A stretch of DNA of 64,000 bases. Source: an uncultured Chloroflexia bacterium (GTDB lineage: Bacteria > Chloroflexota > Limnocylindria > Limnocylindrales > CSP1-4). The position numbers were made by a program, and so were the translations under genes. Positions 58,399 through 64,000 of this stretch are shown here, in pieces. The stretch covers positions 320,001 to 384,000 of the forward strand of contig CAVVJT010000007.1 of NCBI GenBank assembly GCA_963748625.1, given 5' to 3'. Numbering within the stretch: the stretch's first letter is position 1; each line of letters opens with the position of its first letter. Under the pieces are notes generated by a model. The model was not told where the DNA came from and made no database searches. It saw only the letters and a program-made list of their open reading frames with translations.

Positions 58399-59586
58399 AT
58401 GGCGGAGAGCCTTGACGACATCCTGAAGCGCGCATCCGCGAACCGCGTTCCGCGACGGAGCTTCCTGGCGGCCTCAGGTCTGCTGGGCGCCGGCGCGGTC
58501 CTGGCGGCCTGCGGCGGCGGCTCGGGCAGTGCAACCGCGGCCCCGGCCGCATCCAGCGGGGGTGGCGGCGCAACGGCGGCCCCGGCGGGCGACGTCGAGA
58601 AGCAGCTGTTCATGTACAACTGGTCCGACTACGTCAGCCCCGACAACATGGCGAAGTTCCAGGAGCAGTTCGGCGTCGAGCAGTTCCAGTACGACACCTT
58701 CGCCAACAACGAGGAGCTCCTCGCCAAGCTCCAGGCCGGGGCCACGGGCTACGACATCGCGGCTCCCACCGCCGAGTACGTGCCCGCCATGGTCGATGGC
58801 GGCTACATCCAGAAGCTGGACTGGAGCCGCATCCCCAACCAGCAGTTCATCAACCCGGCGTTCAAGGGCCAGGGCTGGGACCCCAACGACGAGTGGCAGC
58901 TGCCCAAGGACTTCGGCACGACCGGCATCCTCTACCGGAGCAAGGTCGTCAAGGAGCCCGTGACATCGTGGAAGGAGTTCCTCGATCTCGCCAAGGGCAA
59001 GTACTCGGGCAAGGTGGTCCTGGTGGACTCGATGGGCGACGTCTTCGTGATGCCGCTCAAGATGCTGGGCAAGTCCCTCAACTCCACCGAGAAGGCGGAT
59101 CTCGACGAGGCTCGCAAGATCCTGCTCGACCTGGCGCCGCACGTGCTCGCGCTGGACTCCGACACATACCAGGACAAGCTCGCCTCAGAGGAGGCGGTCC
59201 TGAGCCTTGCCTGGACCGGCCCGATCGTGGAGCTGCGCGCGAACCCGGATACGGCGGACATCGCGTACACCGTCCCGTCGGAGGGGTCGTTGTACTGGCT
59301 GGACACCTGGGTGCTGGTCAAGGACGCGCCGAATCCAAACGCGGCCTATGCCTTCCTCAACTTCATCCACGAGCCGGAGATCCAGGCCGAGGAGACGAAC
59401 TTCACCGGATACGGCTCGCCCAATGACGAGGCCAAGAAGTACATCGATCCGGCAGTGCTCAACGACCCGGCGATCTTCCCGCCGGCTGACGTGATGGCGA
59501 GCCTCGAGGGGGCGGTCGACACGTCCTCCAGCCAGCAGCGCATTGACATCTGGCAGGAGTTCAAGTCCAAGATCGGCCAGGGCTGA
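58399..59586 (+). CDS. potD: Polyamine ABC transporter substrate-binding Tat lipoprotein
   Basis: RRSFL Tat motif, LAAC lipobox, YNWSDY, NEELLAKL, PSEGS, AYAFLNF. Confidence 0.88.
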   Translation: MAESLDDILKRASANRVPRRSFLAASGLLGAGAVLAACGGGSGSATAAPAASSGGGGATAAPAGDVEKQLFMYNWSDYVSPDNMAKFQEQFGVEQFQYDTFANNEELLAKLQAGATGYDIAAPTAEYVPAMVDGGYIQKLDWSRIPNQQFINPAFKGQGWDPNDEWQLPKDFGTTGILYRSKVVKEPVTSWKEFLDLAKGKYSGKVVLVDSMGDVFVMPLKMLGKSLNSTEKADLDEARKILLDLAPHVLALDSDTYQDKLASEEAVLSLAWTGPIVELRANPDTADIAYTVPSEGSLYWLDTWVLVKDAPNPNAAYAFLNFIHEPEIQAEETNFTGYGSPNDEAKKYIDPAVLNDPAIFPPADVMASLEGAVDTSSSQQRIDIWQEFKSKIGQG

Positions 59587-59605
59587 TCAGGACCACCCCA
59601 GGACG

Positions 59606-60523
59606 ATGGCAGCGGCAGGCGACGACATCACCAGCGCCCGGGCGATCAGCGGCACGGGCAGCAAGGCGAAGGCCCGGCTGCTCACGGCCGCGCTGGTCGC
59701 GCCCGCGGGGCTCTGGTACCTCGTGCTGCTCGTGCTGCCGCTGACCATCGTTCTCGTGTTCTCGTTCGGGACCCGGGCTCCCAACGGCGGCTACCAGCCC
59801 GCATTCACCTTCGACAACTACCTCACGCTGATCACCCAGCCCCAGCGGCTGGAGCCGTTCATCACGTCGCTCTGGATGGCGATCGCGGGCACGATCGGCT
59901 GTCTCGTCGTGGGCCTGCCGCTCGCCTACTTCATGGCCAGCCGGGCGGGCAGGCGCAAGGGCCTGCTCGTCCTGCTGCTGGTCATCCCGTTCTGGACATC
60001 CTTCCTGATCCGGACCTACTCCTGGCTGATCATCCTGGGCAGGGAGAACATCGGCGGGTTCATCGGCGCGGCCATCGGCGACCCCGACTTCCGCATCCTG
60101 GGCACGCCGTTCGCGGTGCTGATGGGCCTGGTCTACGGCTATCTGCCGTTGATGGTGTTCCCGCTCTACGTGACCCTCGAGCGGATGGACTGGACGCTGG
60201 TGGAGGCGTCGAAGGACCTGGGTGCCGCCCGCTGGGCCACCTTCCGCCAGATCACGCTGCCGATCGTGCTGCCCGGCGTGATCACCGGCTCGATCCTGGT
60301 GTTCATCCCGATGATGGGCGAGTACGTCATCCCGGCGATCCTGGGCTATGGGCGCACGTTCCTCGCGGGCAACGCCCTCGTGGACGCCTTCATCCAGACC
60401 CGCAACTGGCCGTTCGGCTCCGCGATGGCGGTGGGCCTGATCCTGATCATGCTGGTCTCGGTGTCCTTCTACGTCTGGTTCGTCAACCGGGGACGGGCCG
60501 GACGTGAGGTGAGCGTCCTGTGA
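59606..60523 (+). CDS. potB: Polyamine ABC transporter permease
   Basis: IPFWTSFLIRTYSW, YLPLMVFPLY, LVEASKDLGA, RNWPFGSA. Confidence 0.88.
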   Translation: MAAAGDDITSARAISGTGSKAKARLLTAALVAPAGLWYLVLLVLPLTIVLVFSFGTRAPNGGYQPAFTFDNYLTLITQPQRLEPFITSLWMAIAGTIGCLVVGLPLAYFMASRAGRRKGLLVLLLVIPFWTSFLIRTYSWLIILGRENIGGFIGAAIGDPDFRILGTPFAVLMGLVYGYLPLMVFPLYVTLERMDWTLVEASKDLGAARWATFRQITLPIVLPGVITGSILVFIPMMGEYVIPAILGYGRTFLAGNALVDAFIQTRNWPFGSAMAVGLILIMLVSVSFYVWFVNRGRAGREVSVL

Positions 60524-61431
60524 CCGCATCGCGTTCCGCCGGCGGCGCCGGTGCCAAGGCGGGTGTCGACCGCTGGGCGGGGTTCGTGGAGTTCTGGCTC
60601 CGCGCCCACACGACGCTGGTCTACACGTTCCTCTACCTGCCGATCGTCATCGTGGTGATCTTCAGCTTCAACGCGAACCAGCTGGCCACGATCTGGACCG
60701 GCTTCACCACCGACTGGTACGGCATCGCCCTCGGCGACAAGGTCGTCATGGCGGCACTGCGCAACAGCTTCTTCGTGGCACTCCCCACAGCGATCCTGTC
60801 GACCCTGTTCGGGACGATGGCGGCCCTTGGCCTGCAACGCGTGCCCAAGCGCTTGCGGATCGGCTTCGACGCCATGACCTACGTCTCGATCATCGTGCCC
60901 GAGATCGTCATCGCGCTCGCAACGCTGGTCATGTTCGCGTCGAGCTTCGTGATCATCAACGAGACGTTCGGGACCAGGCTCCAGCTGGGCATCCCCACCA
61001 TCGTGGCCGCCCACATGCTGTTCAACATCAGCTTCGTGCTGCTCCTGGTCCGGGCCCGGCTCTCGGGCATGGACCGGACGATGGTGGAGGCCTCGTTCGA
61101 CCTCTACGCGACACCGTGGCGCACGTTCCGCCAGATCACGTTCCCGCAGCTGCTGCCGGCGATCATCGCCGGCTTCCTGCTCTCGTTCACGTTCAGCTTC
61201 GACGACTACGTGATCACGTCGTTCGTGTCCGGCCCGGGATCGTCCACGCTGCCGATCTTCATCTTCGGCCAGGTCAAGCGCGGCGTGACGCCGGAGACCA
61301 ACGCGGTCGCCACGATGATGCTGCTGACCACGCTGGCGATGCTGGCGGTGGGCCAGCTGCTGCTCAAGAAGACCTCGTCGAGCGGGGCGAGCGGCGGCGA
61401 GAGCATGGCCTCGATGATCGCGGAGCGCTAG
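60520..61431 (+). CDS. potC: Polyamine ABC transporter permease
   Basis: FLYLPI, FSFN, GFTTDWY, PEIV, SFDDYVIT, TLPIFI. Confidence 0.88.
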   Translation: MTASRSAGGAGAKAGVDRWAGFVEFWLRAHTTLVYTFLYLPIVIVVIFSFNANQLATIWTGFTTDWYGIALGDKVVMAALRNSFFVALPTAILSTLFGTMAALGLQRVPKRLRIGFDAMTYVSIIVPEIVIALATLVMFASSFVIINETFGTRLQLGIPTIVAAHMLFNISFVLLLVRARLSGMDRTMVEASFDLYATPWRTFRQITFPQLLPAIIAGFLLSFTFSFDDYVITSFVSGPGSSTLPIFIFGQVKRGVTPETNAVATMMLLTTLAMLAVGQLLLKKTSSSGASGGESMASMIAER

Positions 61432-61457
61432 GAGCCGACCAGGCACACGCGCACTCG

Positions 61458-61500
61458 CAGACGTCCCCGTGGTCCCCCCAGACGTCCCGCGTGGTCCCCC
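61458..61500. repeat. Short tandem duplication after the potC stop
   Basis: cagacgtccccgtggtccccc / cagacgtcccgcgtggtccccc. Confidence 0.7.
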
Positions 61501-61851
61501 ACCATAGGGGCGATTCCCGGCATCGCCTGTACGGCTCATCGACAGATTCAACGATCCGTCGGTTGAGTCACGAGGGCCCCTGGTCGAATGGCCCCAGAGG
61601 TGGAGGAAGAGCGGCTGGCGGCTGGTGGCCGGCGCGTCGGGGGTTCGGCGTCGGGGGTTCGGCGCACCACCGAGTGCTGGGGCCACTGCTGTCCACCGAT
61701 TTGGCCGGATCCCGCGCCAGGCAGCAGCCCGGAACATAGGTGGCGCGCGATACACCCCTCGGCGTGGATACGAGCGCTGTGGCTGCTGCCTGATGCGGCG
61801 TGGCGCCGTGGCGGGGGCGAGACCGCATCAGGGCCGCACCTCCGCATGGCG

Positions 61852-61886
61852 ACGCCGGGGTCCCCTGCAACGGGGAGCCCCGGCGT
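61852..61886. terminator. GC-rich hairpin between convergent genes (likely terminator)
   Basis: acgccggggtcccc-loop-ggggagccccggcgt about 15 nt past the stop at 61902; no U-tract. Confidence 0.5.
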
Positions 61887-61901
61887 GCGAGTCGCAGCGA
61901 G

Positions 61902-63419
61902 CTAGTTGAGCGTCGCGATTGCGTCCAGGTCAACCCGGGGTCGGCCGAACGTTCCTTCGACCACGAGCTTGATGGTCCGCGGCGCGGCGTTCGTCCAGGC
62001 CGTCTGCCAGACGACCACGCGGTACCTGGTCGATGCGGACTTCAGGTTGTAGCGGCCCTGGAGGACGCCATTGACGTAGACCCTGACGTAACCGCGATTG
62101 CGAGCGGTCGTCGTCACTAGGGCAATGGACTTGGCGTTCGTCGTGGTGGTGGTGGCGGACGCCTTGGCTGCACTGGCGAACCTGACGCTGCGGGCGCTGA
62201 AGCGGCTGTCCCGCTGGCGCGTCCACTTGCCCTTGTAGACAACCGCGGAGCTGGCGTCCTGGGTGAGGCGCGGGGTGATGGCGGCCGTGGTGACCCAGTC
62301 ACCGATGTTGCCGGCCACATCCACGGCGCGGACCCGGAACAGGATCGAGCCCGAGGAGGACACGGTCATCCTAGTGGAACTCGCTGCGGTCGACGCGGTC
62401 ACGACGGCCCAGGTGGATCCCTCGTCCAGGGACTTCGAGAGTTCGAAGTGGGCGATGCCGGAGCCACCCGTGTCGCTTCCGCTCCAGCGGATCGTGACCG
62501 GGATCGCCGTGCCGAACAGGGCAGCACCGGAACGGATCGCGACCGTCGGCACGGTGGCCACCGGCTTGGTGGTATCCGTCGGATCAGGCGTCGGGGTCGG
62601 GGTCGGGCTGGGGGTCGGGCTGAGCGAGGGGCTCGGCGTCGGCGGGACCGGGGTGGGCGTCGGCGGGACCGGGGTGGGCGTCGGCGGGACCGGGGTGGGC
62701 GTCGGCGGGACCGGGGTGGGCGTCGGCGGGACCGGGGTGGGCGTCGGCGGGACCGGGGTGGGCGTCGGCGGGACCGGGGTGGGCGTCGGCGGGACCGGGG
62801 TGGGCGTCGGCGGGACCGGGGTGGGCGTCGGCGGGACCGGGGTGGGCGTCGGCGGGACCGGGGTGGGCGTCGGCGGGACCGGGGTGGGCGTCGGCGCAGC
62901 GGCCGGATCGATCAGGCCGATGTTGGACGGCGGCAGGTTTCCCGTCGAGACGAGCGACCCGTCGCCCACGTCGTACAACGTGTTGTTGGGACCATCCCGC
63001 CATCCCGGCTGGGCGTTGGCGGCGATCTCCTGGGCGTTCGTCAGGCCACCGGAATCGCCATCACTGTTGGCGCCACCGATCGCCAGGATCTGTGCAGCCG
63101 AGGTGCCGCCGTCCTGAATCGCCTTGCCGTACGCGTTGAGCAGACTCGTGTCGTCATCGGGCCCGTGGCACAGCGTGCAACTGGCATTGTCGTCCGAGAG
63201 GGACGTCGGATAGTCCGAGCGCCAGCTCGTGAGGAAGCCGCTCCTGCCGATGGCGCCGACCGGCAGGGCCATCACGACGACGAGCGCCGCCACCAGGAGC
63301 GTCGTGAGGCGGATGCCTCGGACCGCCCGAGCACGTGCGGTGTTGCGCATCTGCGAACTCCCTGTGGGCGTTGCAGGTGCTGGTGATGTGGGCGGCTGCG
63401 GGCGGGTATTGCCTGTCAT
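61902..63419 (-). CDS. Secreted single-CXXCH (putative c-type heme) protein on a Pro/Thr stalk with a C-terminal beta module
   Basis: GGAGG SD; hydrophobic signal; CTLCH...LNAYG...[17 protein letters not shown]; (PTPTPVP)12; C-terminal module homologous to that of 48648..50576; alternative start 63350. Confidence 0.8.
   Translation of the reverse strand: MTGNTRPQPPTSPAPATPTGSSQMRNTARARAVRGIRLTTLLVAALVVVMALPVGAIGRSGFLTSWRSDYPTSLSDDNASCTLCHGPDDDTSLLNAYGKAIQDGGTSAAQILAIGGANSDGDSGGLTNAQEIAANAQPGWRDGPNNTLYDVGDGSLVSTGNLPPSNIGLIDPAAAPTPTPVPPTPTPVPPTPTPVPPTPTPVPPTPTPVPPTPTPVPPTPTPVPPTPTPVPPTPTPVPPTPTPVPPTPTPVPPTPTPVPPTPSPSLSPTPSPTPTPTPDPTDTTKPVATVPTVAIRSGAALFGTAIPVTIRWSGSDTGGSGIAHFELSKSLDEGSTWAVVTASTAASSTRMTVSSSGSILFRVRAVDVAGNIGDWVTTAAITPRLTQDASSAVVYKGKWTRQRDSRFSARSVRFASAAKASATTTTTNAKSIALVTTTARNRGYVRVYVNGVLQGRYNLKSASTRYRVVVWQTAWTNAAPRTIKLVVEGTFGRPRVDLDAIATLN
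62635..62896. repeat. Perfect 21-bp tandem repeat, 12 copies plus a partial
   Basis: ggcgtcggcgggaccggggtg x12, encoding PTPTPVP on the minus strand. Confidence 0.96.
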
Positions 63420-63565
63420 ACGCCGTTCCTCCGTGAGACCCAGGCGGGACGATCCCCCGGGTCGCGCCGCGGCGCTTCGTGGCGCCGCGATCTCACGAGT
63501 TTCGGCAAGCCGCACGGATCGGCCTATGGAGAGGGCGGCACAGTTCCGGCCCCGATGCCCGCAGC

Positions 63566-63589
63566 TTTGTACCGGTGTTTTTGTACCGG
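63566..63589. promoter_or_regulatory. 10-bp direct repeat upstream of the CXXCH gene (candidate transcription-factor site)
   Basis: tttgtaccgg at 63566-63575 and 63580-63589, an AT-rich island in intergenic DNA. Confidence 0.4.
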
Positions 63590-63659
63590 ATGGGCGAAAC
63601 CCAGCCGATCGTCCTGTGCCGTCCGGTCCTCTTCCCGTCTCCTGTGATCGCTCGGGCCG

Positions 63660-63998
63660 TCAGGACGGGAGCGTGATCCCCGCGTCGGAGGCCAGGGCCG
63701 CGGCGCGGTCGGTGCGCTCCCACGGCAGGTCGAGATCCGGGCGGCCGAAGTGGCCGTACGCCGCGGTCTGCCGGTAGATCGGCCGGAGCAGGTCCAGGTC
63801 ACGGATGATGGCCGCGGGCCGCAGATCGAAGTGCCGCTCGACCAGCTCCAGGATCCGCTCGTCGGACACCTTGCCCGTGCCGAAGCTGTCCACGGAGAGC
63901 GACAGCGGCCGGGCGATGCCGATGCCGTACGCCACCTCCACCTCGAAGCGGTCCGCGAGACCGGCCGCCACCACGTTCTTCGCCACCCAGCGCGCGGC
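63660..63998 (-). CDS. metK: S-adenosylmethionine synthetase, C-terminal part (5' end beyond the window)
   Basis: [52 protein letters not shown]. Confidence 0.95.
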   Translation of the reverse strand, partial: AARWVAKNVVAAGLADRFEVEVAYGIGIARPLSLSVDSFGTGKVSDERILELVERHFDLRPAAIIRDLDLLRPIYRQTAAYGHFGRPDLDLPWERTDRAAALASDAGITLPS

Positions 63999-64000
63999 GT

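Overview
Very GC-rich bacterial chromosomal segment, probably Chloroflexota (inferred from gene content, including a small SWIM-finger protein typical of that phylum). Left to right: an LCP cell-wall gene and rfbC; a long, tightly coupled minus-strand operon lysC-birA-ECF sigma-putative anti-sigma-accD-accA-(BCCP-like protein lacking the biotin lysine)-accC-fabZ-metallophosphoesterase-fabF-accB-fabH-fabG; hom-thrC-thrB-GNAT; trpS; a ZU5-like lipoprotein with an HFS motif; an AI-2E transporter and surE; a probable amine-catabolism region (two FAD oxidoreductases, an LLM oxidoreductase, a kinase/class III aminotransferase fusion flanked by two VapBC-type toxin-antitoxin modules, a GcvT-like protein and an M20 hydrolase); a cobalamin-riboswitch-controlled ECF transporter operon with two surface proteins resembling the two halves of transcobalamin; a frameshifted secreted-protein operon; manC and pgm; a polyamine ABC transporter; a CXXCH surface protein on a Pro/Thr stalk; and the 3' end of metK. 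No tRNA, rRNA, CRISPR array or transposase was recognised. The most notable items are the BADC-like non-biotinylatable BCCP paralogue, the split transcobalamin-like B12 capture system (its T subunit probably starts at CTG), a shared TGCAT-N7-ATGCA operator linking the amine-catabolism genes, and a C-terminal surface module shared by two otherwise unrelated secreted proteins. All assignments come from reading motifs by eye; no database searches were run.
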